A DNA stretch of 64,000 nt from Candidatus Azambacteria bacterium (GTDB lineage Bacteria; Patescibacteriota; Minisyncoccia; GWC2-36-17; WO2-46-25), in contig JACQDT010000021.1 in the NCBI GenBank assembly GCA_016200965.1, positions 86 to 64,085 of the forward strand. The letters are read 5' to 3'. This document shows, piece after piece, positions 37,863 to 47,661 of the stretch. Position numbers and translations under genes: made by a program. The notes under the pieces were generated by a model, which saw nothing but the letters and a program-made list of their open reading frames with translations, did not search any database and was not told the origin of the DNA. Position 1 is the stretch's first letter; each line of letters starts with the position of its first letter.

Positions 37863-37891
37863 TTGACATCCCGCTCCTTTACCCTTATACT
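37863..37891 (+). promoter_or_regulatory. Sigma70 promoter of secDF, leaderless geometry
   Basis: TTGACA-17-TATACT, ATG 7 nt downstream. Confidence 0.82.
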
Positions 37892-37898
37892 AAGGACT

Positions 37899-39281
37899 AT
37901 GAAATTTCTCGTGAAAGTCCTGAAATTTATCTTTGTGCCGGAAGGGGAGCGGGCGAAATCGCTCTATATTCTTCTGTTTATTTTCATCGTCGCCGTGGCG
38001 GCCTTTGGGTTTGATTTTCCAGAAAAATGGAACGCGTACGGCGGAACATGGCATATCCCGAAATTCCGCCAGCTTGATTTCAAGCTCGGGCTTGATCTGA
38101 AAGGAGGAGCGCACTTGGTGTACGTTGCCGATCTTTCCAATGTGAAGCCGGCCGATTACGGTGACGCGATGGCGGGCTTGCGGGACGTCATAGAACGGCG
38201 CGTCAACTCGTTTGGTATCGGCGAACCCAACGTGCAGACCGCGCAGGTGGGAGGAGAGCATCGCCTTAATGTGGAACTCGCAGGTATTAAGGATGTTAAT
38301 CAAGCGATACAAATGATCGGCCAGACACCGTATCTTGAGTTCAAGGAAGGCAGACCGGAAGAAGAGACAAAAAAGATCCAAGATGCGCAGAAGAAAGGAG
38401 AGCGCGTATACGAAGACCCGTATTTCATAGCGACCGAACTCAACGGGAAATATCTCAAGCGCTCCGAGCTAACGTTTGACCAAAATACCTATAAACCGGT
38501 AGTGAACCTCGTTTTTGATTCGGAAGGCGCGGCGCTGTTTGCGAAAATCACCGGCCGCAACGTCGGCAAGACGGTTGCCATTTATCTTGATGGCGGGCCT
38601 ATTTCAGTCCCGCGGGTCAACGAAGCGATCACGGGCGGATCGGCGATCATCACCGGCGATTTCAGCGTTCAGGAAGCAAAACAGCTCGTACAACGCCTGA
38701 ACTCCGGCGCGCTGCCTGTTCCGGTAAAACTTATTTCACAGCAAACCGTAGAGGCGTCGCTGGGCGAGGAAGCGCTGAAAAAAAGTTTTCAAACCGGTAT
38801 ATGGGCGCTTGGCGCGGTGGCCGTATTTATGGTGCTATGGTATAAAATCCCGGGCATGTTGGCTATTATCGCGCTTCTCGGATACGCCCTTTTCACGCTT
38901 GCCGCGTTTAAACTGCTTGGCGTCACGCTCACGCTTGCCGGCATAGTAGGATTCATTCTTTCCATCGGTATGGCCGTGGACGCGAATATTCTGATTTTCG
39001 CCCGCATGCGGGAAGAATTCAGGGCGGGAAAAAGATCAGACCTTGCGGTGCATGACGCCTTTCTTCGCGCATGGCCGTCCATACGGGATTCCAACATATC
39101 CACACTGCTGACCTGCTTTGTGCTTTATTTTTTCACCGCGAGTTTGATAAAGGGTTTTGCCCTCACGCTTGCCATCGGCGTGCTTATTTCAATGTTTTCG
39201 GCGATATTTGTCACGCGCGCTCTGTTGCGAGCTGTTATTTTTGAAAAGCTAAGTAAATTGAAATTTTTATGGTACCGATAA
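37899..39281 (+). CDS. secD: Protein translocase subunit SecD
   Basis: LGLDLKGG, ERRVN..G..EP, SGALP, GMAVDANILIF. Confidence 0.96.
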   Translation: MKFLVKVLKFIFVPEGERAKSLYILLFIFIVAVAAFGFDFPEKWNAYGGTWHIPKFRQLDFKLGLDLKGGAHLVYVADLSNVKPADYGDAMAGLRDVIERRVNSFGIGEPNVQTAQVGGEHRLNVELAGIKDVNQAIQMIGQTPYLEFKEGRPEEETKKIQDAQKKGERVYEDPYFIATELNGKYLKRSELTFDQNTYKPVVNLVFDSEGAALFAKITGRNVGKTVAIYLDGGPISVPRVNEAITGGSAIITGDFSVQEAKQLVQRLNSGALPVPVKLISQQTVEASLGEEALKKSFQTGIWALGAVAVFMVLWYKIPGMLAIIALLGYALFTLAAFKLLGVTLTLAGIVGFILSIGMAVDANILIFARMREEFRAGKRSDLAVHDAFLRAWPSIRDSNISTLLTCFVLYFFTASLIKGFALTLAIGVLISMFSAIFVTRALLRAVIFEKLSKLKFLWYR

Positions 39282-40186
39282 CAACGTACAGAAAAGTATA
39301 CTATCTGTTCTCCGGGACGCTGATAGCGCTTTCTCTTGTCGCGCTGTCGGTCTGGGGGCTTAAACTGGGAATTGACTTTAAAGGCGGGTCGCTTCTTTTG
39401 GGGAAATTCTCCGAAACAGCGCCGCTCCAGCCGGAGCTCGTCGGATCAATGCAAAAACTTGCGCTGGGGGAAGTCATTGCGCAACCGGCGGGAGAGAAAA
39501 GCGTCATTTTGCGCTTTAAAGAAGTGGACGAGAAAACCCATCAGGAAGTTCTTTCCGCGCTTGACGGGCTTGCGAAAACACACGGCGAGAAGAACACCTT
39601 CGCGCAAAAAAGCTTTGAATCCATCGGCCCTTCCATTGGCAAAGAATTGCGCACGAAATCCGTCACCGCAATCGCACTTGTGCTCGTGCTCATCATCGGC
39701 TACATCGCGCTTGCGTTCCGGAAGGTCTCTTACCCGCTTTCGTCATGGAAGTACGGGGTCGCGGCGCTTATCGCGCTTTTTCACGATGTGATCATTCCGT
39801 TGGGTCTTTTCGCGATGCTGGGGCATTTCAGAAACGTTGAAATTTCAAGCGGCTTCATTGCCGCGATTTTGACGGTGTTAGGATATTCCGTGCACGATTC
39901 CATCATTGTCTTTGACCGCGTGCGCGAAAACCTCGCAAAACATCAGGGAAAGACATTTGAAGAAACGGTGAACATCTCGGTCAACCAGACGTTCATCAGA
40001 TCCCTTAATACTTCTTTAACGGTGATCCTCGTGCTGTTGGCCATTTACTTCCTCGGGGGCGAATCCATAAAATACATCGCGCTCATGCTGTTGGTCGGCG
40101 TCGGGGTAGGGACGTATTCTTCCATTTTCATCGGCTCAACCGCCCTCGTGACCTGGTACGACTATATGAAACGGCGGGGAAATTGA
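39269..40186 (+). CDS. secF: Protein translocase subunit SecF
   Basis: GIDFKGG, IGPSIGKEL, HDV, GYSVHDSIIVFDRVREN. Confidence 0.96.
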   Translation: MVPITTYRKVYYLFSGTLIALSLVALSVWGLKLGIDFKGGSLLLGKFSETAPLQPELVGSMQKLALGEVIAQPAGEKSVILRFKEVDEKTHQEVLSALDGLAKTHGEKNTFAQKSFESIGPSIGKELRTKSVTAIALVLVLIIGYIALAFRKVSYPLSSWKYGVAALIALFHDVIIPLGLFAMLGHFRNVEISSGFIAAILTVLGYSVHDSIIVFDRVRENLAKHQGKTFEETVNISVNQTFIRSLNTSLTVILVLLAIYFLGGESIKYIALMLLVGVGVGTYSSIFIGSTALVTWYDYMKRRGN

Positions 40187-42505
40187 TTATTCCGGATGCA
40201 CTTTCGCCGCGCGTTCGCGCAGATAGCGTTTCAACAGAGGATGACCCTCCAATGAAGGGTCTTCTTTCATAATGCGCAGAGCTTCATCGCGCGTCTCCTT
40301 GACCAGCGCGGCGTCCGCCAGCGATGCCATTGCAAGATCAGGAAGACCCCATTGGCGCGTTCCCAGGAAATCACCCGGGCCGCGCAGAGCCAAGTCCTTT
40401 TCCGCAAGCGCAAATCCACTGTGCGATTCAAGCAGGGCTTTCAAGCGGCGATTTTCCTCCGGTGCCGCACTGCCGTCATACGACGACTGCTCCGCTCTCT
40501 GCGTTCGCGGGTTGTCGTCATACGACGACTGCTCCGCTCTCTGCGTTCGCGGGTTGCCTGAAAAAAGCAGGCAGTATGACTGGTGCTCGCCTCTGCCGAC
40601 CCTGCCGCGAAACTGATGCAGTTGCGCAAGTCCGAACAGTTCCGCGCCTTCTACCATCATGACGGTCGCATTGGGCACATCAATACCCACTTCCACCACC
40701 GACGTAGACACGAGAATATCCGCGCCACCGTTTTTGAACTTTTTCATCGTTTCTTCTTTCTCCTTCGCTTTCATTTTTCCGTGAAGCATTACGACCCGCA
40801 GATCCGGAAACATCTCTGCCGATAGTTTTCTATACTCCTCTTTCACTGTTTTCACTTCCGCCGAAAGAAATTGCCGCACAGTAGCAGGGGACAACTCACT
40901 TCCAACTTCAATCCGAGGACAAATAACAAATATCTGTCTGCCTTCTTTTGCTTGCTTTCTGATAAATGCGTACGCCGCCTGACGATGTGCGGGAAGCACG
41001 ATCTTGGTAATGACCTTTTTTCTTTCTTTGGGCATCTCATCAAGCAGTGAAATATCAAGGTCTCCGTATAGCGTGAGGGCAAGCGTGCGCGGAATCGGGG
41101 TGGCAGTCATACTTAACAAATGGGGAGCCGCACCAACGCGGCTTGTTTTTACAAGTGCCGCGCGTTGTTTGACGCCGAAGCGATGCTGTTCGTCCAGCAC
41201 CACAAGCCCTAATTTGCGAAATACGCAATTTTTTGAGATAAGCGCGTGCGTGCCCACGACCACCGGCAACGCGCCTTGGGCAATCATCTGTATAACATCC
41301 TGTTTTTTCATTTTCCTGTCCGCGCGCAATTCTCCGTCGTGGACGATCGCCTGAGCGCCCGTCAGCAATCCCACGTCACATCCGAACAATGCAAAGAACT
41401 GTGCAAATACTGAAAAATGCTGAAGCGCGAGCACCTCGGTGGGCGCCATCAGGGCGATCTGCCATCCGTTTCGAGCGGCATTTAAAGCGGCAATCGCGGC
41501 GACCACCGTTTTTCCCGAGCCGACTTCGCCTTGCAACAGACGGTTCATCGGGAACGGTTTTTGCATATCTTTTAATATTTCCCATGCCGCGCGGCGCTGG
41601 GCATCCGTCAGCCGGAAGGGGAGTAGGGACACGAATCGTTTCACCGCTTCAAGGTCAAGCGCAAGAGGGGGCGCGGATTCTTTTTTGACGGCGTTCTTCG
41701 CTTCCAACGCCAAAAGGTGGAGGAAAAATAATTCTTCAAACGCAAGGCGTTTTCTCGCGCGCGCGCTCTCTTCTTTTGTGCGCGGAAAATGGATTTCCCT
41801 CAATGCCGCCCCCAACGCAGGAAGCCGATGGCGGCGCAGAGTGTCTTGCGGAAGCGGATCAGTGATATGTGAAATGAACGGCAGGGCGTTTTTCATCAGA
41901 TATCTCAACCAACGGGAAGTAATGCCTGCCGTTTCGCGATACACCGGAACCAGGCGGCCGGTGTGCGTCGCGACACCGTCTTTCGCGACGAATTCATACG
42001 CTGGATTTTGAAGTACCAGCGATGTTTTGTCAGCTGTTATTTTCCCCGAAAGATTCACCATCCTGCCGACACGCAAATTTTTTGTGAGGAACGGCTGGTT
42101 GAACCACACCGCGCGCATGCTTCCGGTCCCGTCGGAAATCACCGCTTCGGTAAGATGCATGCGTCTTTTCCATGTGTGCGCGCTTTCCACCCGCTCCAAT
42201 TTTCCGGAGATGGTCGCGACGGCGCCCGCTTTCACGTCCGCTATGGACACTTTTTTGGAAAAATCATCGTAGCGGAACGGCACGTGCATGAGCAGATCGT
42301 ACACCGTACGGATGCCGAGCGCGGCGAGCGGCTTGATGATTGTGGCACTTGCTCCTTTTAATTTTTCAATAGGGGAGAGAAGCGATGTGTCGTCATACGA
42401 CGACTGCTCCGCTCTCGGGGTTCGCGGGTTGCCGTCATACGACGACTGCTCCGCTCTCTGGGTTCGCGGGTTGCCGTCTTTCAGATGAAGAGATGATTTT
42501 AACAT
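40187..42505 (-). CDS. recG: ATP-dependent DNA helicase RecG with two in-frame tandem element-A insertions
   Basis: QGEVGSGKT, DEQHRFG, TATPIPRT, QFRGRVGR, RGPGDFLGTRQWG. Confidence 0.95.
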   Translation of the reverse strand: MLKSSLHLKDGNPRTQRAEQSSYDGNPRTPRAEQSSYDDTSLLSPIEKLKGASATIIKPLAALGIRTVYDLLMHVPFRYDDFSKKVSIADVKAGAVATISGKLERVESAHTWKRRMHLTEAVISDGTGSMRAVWFNQPFLTKNLRVGRMVNLSGKITADKTSLVLQNPAYEFVAKDGVATHTGRLVPVYRETAGITSRWLRYLMKNALPFISHITDPLPQDTLRRHRLPALGAALREIHFPRTKEESARARKRLAFEELFFLHLLALEAKNAVKKESAPPLALDLEAVKRFVSLLPFRLTDAQRRAAWEILKDMQKPFPMNRLLQGEVGSGKTVVAAIAALNAARNGWQIALMAPTEVLALQHFSVFAQFFALFGCDVGLLTGAQAIVHDGELRADRKMKKQDVIQMIAQGALPVVVGTHALISKNCVFRKLGLVVLDEQHRFGVKQRAALVKTSRVGAAPHLLSMTATPIPRTLALTLYGDLDISLLDEMPKERKKVITKIVLPAHRQAAYAFIRKQAKEGRQIFVICPRIEVGSELSPATVRQFLSAEVKTVKEEYRKLSAEMFPDLRVVMLHGKMKAKEKEETMKKFKNGGADILVSTSVVEVGIDVPNATVMMVEGAELFGLAQLHQFRGRVGRGEHQSYCLLFSGNPRTQRAEQSSYDDNPRTQRAEQSSYDGSAAPEENRRLKALLESHSGFALAEKDLALRGPGDFLGTRQWGLPDLAMASLADAALVKETRDEALRIMKEDPSLEGHPLLKRYLRERAAKVHPE
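40471..40558 (-). mobile_element. Element A tandem pair (2 x 42 bp) after RecG motif VI
   Basis: AACCCGCGAACGCAGAGAGCGGAGCAGTCGTCGTATGACGRC x2. Confidence 0.92.
42389..42478 (-). mobile_element. Element A tandem pair (2 x 42 bp) at the RecG N-terminus
   Basis: GACGGC-unit-GACGGC-unit-GACGAC, 42-bp period. Confidence 0.92.
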
Positions 42506-42512
42506 AATTTGC

Positions 42513-42521
42513 TGTGGATAA
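42513..42521 (-). promoter_or_regulatory. Single perfect DnaA box upstream of recG
   Basis: TTATCCACA on the minus strand, 7 nt before the ATG. Confidence 0.4.
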
Positions 42522-42596
42522 GGCAAAACAAGTATACTACAAGAAATACTGTTTCTATTGTATAATAGAATAACGGTAATTTCTATATCTACCTGC

Positions 42597-43112
42597 ATGG
42601 ATACATCAACAAAGCAGACCGTCACCATCGGGGCGCTCATTTTTTTTATTTTTCTCGCCACCGCTGCGGTTATTTTCTATAACAGTCGCGGCTATATTCA
42701 GAAGGAAACGAAAACCAAAACCAATGAGGAAGGTTTAAACACGGTTCAGGATCGTCAAAAAATACTTGCGACCGACCCCACAGACCCCTCGCATATCAAT
42801 AATCTTAAATACCTCCAAGCGGGGCTAGAAAAATATTTTACTGAAAAAAGGACGTATCCCAAAAAGCTCGGAGAACTCGCGCCAAAGTACATATCTATCG
42901 TACCGAAGTATTCATCAAAAAAGGATTATTTGTATGCCTATTATCCCAAAGAGAAGCCGTCAGCGTATCATCTGGGCGCGCCGCTGGGCGGAAGAAATGC
43001 GGCATCTCCGCAAGCATTTTCTCAGGACGCTGACTTTAATTCAGAAAAAATAAAATACATAAACGGATTTGACGGCGCCGATCCGGTATATGATTTGATG
43101 GGAGGAAAATAA
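42597..43112 (+). CDS. Membrane-anchored hypothetical protein with a pilin/GspG-like segment
   Basis: N-terminal TM helix; LQAGLEKYF....YP..L..LAPKYI..VP. Confidence 0.65.
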   Translation: MDTSTKQTVTIGALIFFIFLATAAVIFYNSRGYIQKETKTKTNEEGLNTVQDRQKILATDPTDPSHINNLKYLQAGLEKYFTEKRTYPKKLGELAPKYISIVPKYSSKKDYLYAYYPKEKPSAYHLGAPLGGRNAASPQAFSQDADFNSEKIKYINGFDGADPVYDLMGGK

Positions 43113-43155
43113 ATAAAAAGAACAACGCCGCAAAAGTAATATTGTGCGACGTGCT

Positions 43156-43671
43156 CTATTTTCCTACCCCCACCAGATCAATGGCCTGCTGATAGATATC
43201 GCGCATAACCGAAAATGCCTCCTTCATTGAGTCGCCCCCGATATCGGGCGCCTTACTGAGAACTTCTTCGAGCGATTGCTGCTGTTTTGCAATCGTCAGT
43301 TCAACTTTTTGCAATAGATTTTTAGTTTGGGTGTCAATTTCGTTTTCCGCTTTTTTCTTAAGACCTTGTTTTACATCTTGAGCGAGTTTGGTATATTCTT
43401 GGTCTATTTTCTGGGCATACTCCTTGCTTAATTCATTATTGCGCGCAAGATCAAGAAGCTCGTCCAAACGCTCCTGCATGAACTTCAAGCGCAATTCCAA
43501 ACGCCCCGCTTCATTGAAAGTAAGGAGGTTAAGCTCTACCCATTCCCCCACCCGATCAAGCGCGTACCATACGCTTTGCGGCCCGACGCCGCCGGCATCT
43601 TGCTGATAGTACACTCCTATTCCGACGCCCAAAAACAATATAAGCAAGCCCGATACTATGAGTTTCAGCAT
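43156..43671 (-). CDS. Exported helical protein (DUF5667-like)
   Basis: GVGPQSVWYALDRVGE...ERLDE pattern after a signal helix. Confidence 0.65.
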   Translation of the reverse strand: MLKLIVSGLLILFLGVGIGVYYQQDAGGVGPQSVWYALDRVGEWVELNLLTFNEAGRLELRLKFMQERLDELLDLARNNELSKEYAQKIDQEYTKLAQDVKQGLKKKAENEIDTQTKNLLQKVELTIAKQQQSLEEVLSKAPDIGGDSMKEAFSVMRDIYQQAIDLVGVGK

Positions 43672-43674
43672 GTG

Positions 43675-45243
43675 TTATAACGATAGACCTTGCGCGACTT
43701 GCAATGCTTTATCAAGCTGGGGGTCTCTCCCCGCAACTCTGTCCTGGTCGGTTAATTCTACCGCGATATCCGGATCTATGCCAAGGCCGTCGATGGGCTT
43801 GCCTGAAGGCCGCAGCCATTGCGCAATGGTCACCTTCAGCGAAGACCCTCCGGGAATCCGAAGCACCTCCTGAATCGTTCCCTTCCCAAACGTTTTCTCC
43901 CCTATCAGCACCGCGTTGCGCGAATCCTTCAATGCCCCCGCGAGGATTTCCGATGCGGATGCCGATCCGCCGTTGACTAAAACGACGATGGGCATTTTTT
44001 CAAGCACACCGCCGCCGTATGAAGCGAATTCTTCTTTGTTTTTCCCTTCGCCGAAATCCGCCGACACCACGAGATTTCCTTTGGGAATAAACTCCGATGC
44101 GATATTGATTGATGCGTCAAGCAGTCCCCCGGGATTGTTGCGCATGTCAAGCACGAGTTTTTTCATTCCTTGCGCTTGCGCTTCTTTTGCGGCTTTGACA
44201 AAATCCATTTCCACTTCTCCAAAAAAATTATTGATCTTGATATAAAAAATATCGCCGGTCTTTCTGGACCATTCAACCGTCGCGACTTTCACCAGCGCTC
44301 TTTCTATGACAAATTCAAGTAAGACATCCTGTCCTGAACGCTCTATGGTAAGCGTTACTTTGGTGCCTTTCTCGCCGCGGATGCGCGCCACCGCGTCTTC
44401 AACCGTCATGTCAATGGTGGACTCGCCGTTTATTTTTACTATTTTATCTCCCGCTTTCACCCCGGCGGTTTCAGCGGGAAGCCCTTTCAAAGGAGCTATT
44501 ACCACTACACCCTTTTTATATCCGAGCTCCGCCCCGATGCCAAAAAACTCTCCCGCGACGTCCTGCGAAAACTTTTTCGCGTCATCCGGCCTGAAAAAAA
44601 CAGTGTATGGGTCGCCAAGCGATTTTATCATCCCTTCCGCCGCTCCCTGGACTAATTTCTGGCGATCAAGCGTCGCACCGTTGCGATATTTTTCTTCAAT
44701 GGTTTTCCAGACATTCCATAACACGCTAAAATCAACGCCCGCCGGGGCGTCCGATTGCGGCAGGACCTGATTGATTTCAAGAGTCGCCGTTTTACCGGAA
44801 ATATCGCCCGTCACATCAGGCCCCGCTTCATAACTTTCAAAATCAGCCGCATTTACCCGCTGTATCGCGTTCCAGTCAAATGCGTTGGCGTTAAACGCTT
44901 CGGGCGAGACGATCCAGCGCGCCTTCGCGCTTTCCACATAATATATTTTTGTGTTATCCGACGAGGGCGAAATGAGATTCACATCCGGCAAAGAAGCAAG
45001 CGTTGCCGCATCAACTTCCCGGATATTTTTCCATAAAAAACGATATGAACTGAACACTTTCGGCGTGCGGAGCCAATATTTATGGCCCCTGAATGTGGTA
45101 TATATCCTGCTCTCTCCTTTCGCCTTAAGCAGGGTTCCATCGGGATAATATGTCTGTCCTGCCAGCGCGTTATCTCCGATTGAAAATCCGCCCGCAAAAA
45201 TAACGGCAATCAATACGGACGCGAATATTTTTTTCGTGTTCAT
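43675..45243 (-). CDS. S41 carboxyl-terminal protease with N-terminal repeat domain
   Basis: DPYT, PDZ domain, LDMRNNPGG, SASASEI, TFGKG. Confidence 0.92.
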   Translation of the reverse strand: MNTKKIFASVLIAVIFAGGFSIGDNALAGQTYYPDGTLLKAKGESRIYTTFRGHKYWLRTPKVFSSYRFLWKNIREVDAATLASLPDVNLISPSSDNTKIYYVESAKARWIVSPEAFNANAFDWNAIQRVNAADFESYEAGPDVTGDISGKTATLEINQVLPQSDAPAGVDFSVLWNVWKTIEEKYRNGATLDRQKLVQGAAEGMIKSLGDPYTVFFRPDDAKKFSQDVAGEFFGIGAELGYKKGVVVIAPLKGLPAETAGVKAGDKIVKINGESTIDMTVEDAVARIRGEKGTKVTLTIERSGQDVLLEFVIERALVKVATVEWSRKTGDIFYIKINNFFGEVEMDFVKAAKEAQAQGMKKLVLDMRNNPGGLLDASINIASEFIPKGNLVVSADFGEGKNKEEFASYGGGVLEKMPIVVLVNGGSASASEILAGALKDSRNAVLIGEKTFGKGTIQEVLRIPGGSSLKVTIAQWLRPSGKPIDGLGIDPDIAVELTDQDRVAGRDPQLDKALQVAQGLSL

Positions 45244-45250
45244 GAATGAA

Positions 45251-45655
45251 TTATTTAGTACAGCTTTTCGCCAACGTAAGTCCCGCCTTTTTCGCGTCTT
45301 CCTCTGTATTGAAAAATATCTTATTTTCCTCCTTTATCTGATTAGCGCACGTCACGCGATAATACGTTTTCCCGTATCGGCTCGCCACATACTCCCCTTT
45401 TGAGACAGATGCTTGTTGCTTTGGTTCCGGTCGCAGTTGCGGGGAAATATTTTCCGCATCAATGAGCTTCACCGGCGCGGCGCGCACATAGCCATTTTCC
45501 AGCTTGGCCACGACAATAGGCGGTCTTGGATATACGATGCGCTCAACATATAACGCGCCAAGCCCGAAAAAAATAACTGCCACCAAAAGAATTTCCGCCA
45601 CATGCGATATGCGGCTGTCATGCTCGCCCCATAACTCTTTTATTCTGCCGATCAT
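45251..45655 (-). CDS. Membrane protein with C-terminal Ada metal-binding-like domain
   Basis: YVASRYGKTYY..C..IKEENKIFF..EEDA..AG...C. Confidence 0.75.
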   Translation of the reverse strand: MIGRIKELWGEHDSRISHVAEILLVAVIFFGLGALYVERIVYPRPPIVVAKLENGYVRAAPVKLIDAENISPQLRPEPKQQASVSKGEYVASRYGKTYYRVTCANQIKEENKIFFNTEEDAKKAGLTLAKSCTK

Positions 45656-45711
45656 TGACTTTGTGGCAATCTCTGTATATAATGGGTTAATTCTAATATA
45701 ACCATACTTCA

Positions 45712-45996
45712 ATGGCAACAGCAAAATCATCGGGTTCTACGCGTTTAGGAAGGGACTCCCGGTCAAAACGGCTCGGCGTCAAGCTCTTTGCGGGTGAAAC
45801 CGCCAAGCCGGGCGACATCATCATCCGCCAGCGCGGCACGAAATTCATAGCGGGGCAAAACGTCAAAATGGGCGGCGACAACACGCTTTACAGCATGGCA
45901 AACGGCTACATAAAATTCTCATCTCGCCGGCTGAAAAAATTCAACGGCGCGACAAAAGTGTCAAAAGTGGTAAATGTGTTGACCGTAGCAAAATAA
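45712..45996 (+). CDS. rpmA: 50S ribosomal protein L27
   Basis: [24 protein letters not shown]. Confidence 0.97.
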   Translation: MATAKSSGSTRLGRDSRSKRLGVKLFAGETAKPGDIIIRQRGTKFIAGQNVKMGGDNTLYSMANGYIKFSSRRLKKFNGATKVSKVVNVLTVAK

Positions 45997-46012
45997 AAAA
46001 ATCGAAACTTCT

Positions 46013-46456
46013 CTACTCTTTCTCTACCTTCAGGGTAACTTCCGGTTCAAAACCATGATCAAGTTTTACTTTGATTTTGTGTTCGCCGAGGGTTTTTATC
46101 GGATGCTCCAGCGCAATGGCTGACTTTTCAAATGCGATACCCTGCTCTTTCAAAAGCGACAGTATTTTCGCGGCGCTGACCGAGCCGAACACGCTGCCAT
46201 CTATTCCCAGTTTCAGCTTCGCTTGTAAAGTAAGCCGCCGCAGTTTCTCCACAAGCTCTTTTGCTCCGGCTTTTTCTTTTTCTGTTTTGTGCTGCGCCGT
46301 CTTTTGAACCTGCGCAAGCGCGTTCAACGCGCCCGGCGTGGCGGCAACAGCGAACTTCCGCGGGAAAAGAAAATTCCGCGCAAAGCCGTCCGAGGCGTTT
46401 TTCACCTCTCCCCTCTTCCCCACCTTCGGCACATCCTGAAGAAGAATTATTTGCAT
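46013..46456 (-). CDS. rplI: 50S ribosomal protein L9
   Basis: MQIILLQDV..VG..G, DGFARNFLFP, FGSVS, PIKTLG. Confidence 0.96.
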   Translation of the reverse strand: MQIILLQDVPKVGKRGEVKNASDGFARNFLFPRKFAVAATPGALNALAQVQKTAQHKTEKEKAGAKELVEKLRRLTLQAKLKLGIDGSVFGSVSAAKILSLLKEQGIAFEKSAIALEHPIKTLGEHKIKVKLDHGFEPEVTLKVEKE

Positions 46457-46457
46457 A

Positions 46458-47657
46458 TTACAATTTTTTGATGATTTCCAGCGCTTTTTCAAGCTGTGGA
46501 TCTTTCCCTTCGTCTCTATCTTTCGCAGTCATTTCCACCTTCACGTCCGGCTCAATACCCTGATCCTGAATGGATCTCCCTGAAGGCGTCAGCCACTTTG
46601 CCACCGTTACTTTAATGAGCGTCTCGCGCGCCAGATTCATCACTTCCTGCACCGACCCCTTCCCGAACGTCTTTTCGCCAACCAGCGTCGCATTGCGCGC
46701 GTCTTTCAGCGCGCCCGCCACAATTTCAGACGCCGACGCCGAACCGCCGTCAATGAGCACCACCACAGGCATTTTTTGGAAATAGCGGTAGCCAAGAGAG
46801 CGAAATTCGTTTCGCGCTCCATCGCCGAAATCCTCAATAGATACCACCTCTCCCCTGGACACGAAATAACTTGCCGCCTCAACGGCCGAATCAAGAAACC
46901 CGCCGGGATTATTGCGCATGTCAAGCACTATTTTTTTTGCGCCGCTGGCAAGGATTTCTCGCGCCGCCCGCCGGAATTCCGCGTCAATGTCGCCGACAAA
47001 ACTGTACAATTTCAGATACGCGATACCATTCCCCTTTTTCTCCCACTCTAACACTGGCACATTAATGATGTCTCTGATAATGACAATGTCCTTCGCCTCA
47101 GCGAAACCGTCCCTGAAAATATTCAGCGTCACCGAAGTTCCCTTCTCGCCTCTGATTTTTGACACCGCTTCTTCAAGCGTCATGTCCGTCGTGAACGAAT
47201 CGCCGATTTTTATGATCTTATCGCCGGTAAAAAGGCCCGCTTTCTGCGCCGGGGAATCTTTCAGAGGCGCGATCACCGTCAAAGCGCCTTTTTGAAATCC
47301 TATTTCCGCCCCTATGCCGCCGAACGTTCCGCTGATGTCGCTCTCAAGCAATTTTGATCTTTCGGGGGGAAAGAACGCGGTGTAAGGGTCTTTCAAAGAC
47401 GCCACCATGCCCTCCACGGCGCCGTACACCATCTTTTGCCTGTCAATGTCCTTTCTCCCCACGTATTTTTCTTCCACCGCGCGCCACGCATCCCAAAAAA
47501 TATTAAAATTAACGTTTATCGCCTGATGCTCTTTGTTTTCTACCCCCTGGACTTTATATATGGATGAAACCGAATTTCCGCCCGCGGAAAACCCAAGCGC
47601 GTATGCCGCTCCCACAATAAGGAAACCCATTATGAATTTTCCGATTCGGCTATACAT
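46458..47657 (-). CDS. S41 carboxyl-terminal protease (CtpA-like)
   Basis: DPYT, PDZ domain, LDMRNNPGG, SASASEI, TFGKGSVQ. Confidence 0.93.
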   Translation of the reverse strand: MYSRIGKFIMGFLIVGAAYALGFSAGGNSVSSIYKVQGVENKEHQAINVNFNIFWDAWRAVEEKYVGRKDIDRQKMVYGAVEGMVASLKDPYTAFFPPERSKLLESDISGTFGGIGAEIGFQKGALTVIAPLKDSPAQKAGLFTGDKIIKIGDSFTTDMTLEEAVSKIRGEKGTSVTLNIFRDGFAEAKDIVIIRDIINVPVLEWEKKGNGIAYLKLYSFVGDIDAEFRRAAREILASGAKKIVLDMRNNPGGFLDSAVEAASYFVSRGEVVSIEDFGDGARNEFRSLGYRYFQKMPVVVLIDGGSASASEIVAGALKDARNATLVGEKTFGKGSVQEVMNLARETLIKVTVAKWLTPSGRSIQDQGIEPDVKVEMTAKDRDEGKDPQLEKALEIIKKL

Positions 47658-47661
47658 GAAT

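Noticed and set aside
40471-42478. 42-bp repeats in recG as a CRISPR array
   Set aside because: The units are head-to-tail with no unique spacers, lie in frame in a gene, recur at dispersed loci, and no cas genes are present.
42513-42521. Replication origin
   Set aside because: Only one intergenic DnaA box (another lies inside a CDS at 27579-27587); no cluster and no dnaA/dnaN nearby.
42506-42661. ORF-track N-terminal extensions of recG (and likewise rnj, fmt, rplI, secD)
   Set aside because: They overlap neighbouring genes, tRNAs or promoters; downstream ATGs fit the known protein starts better.
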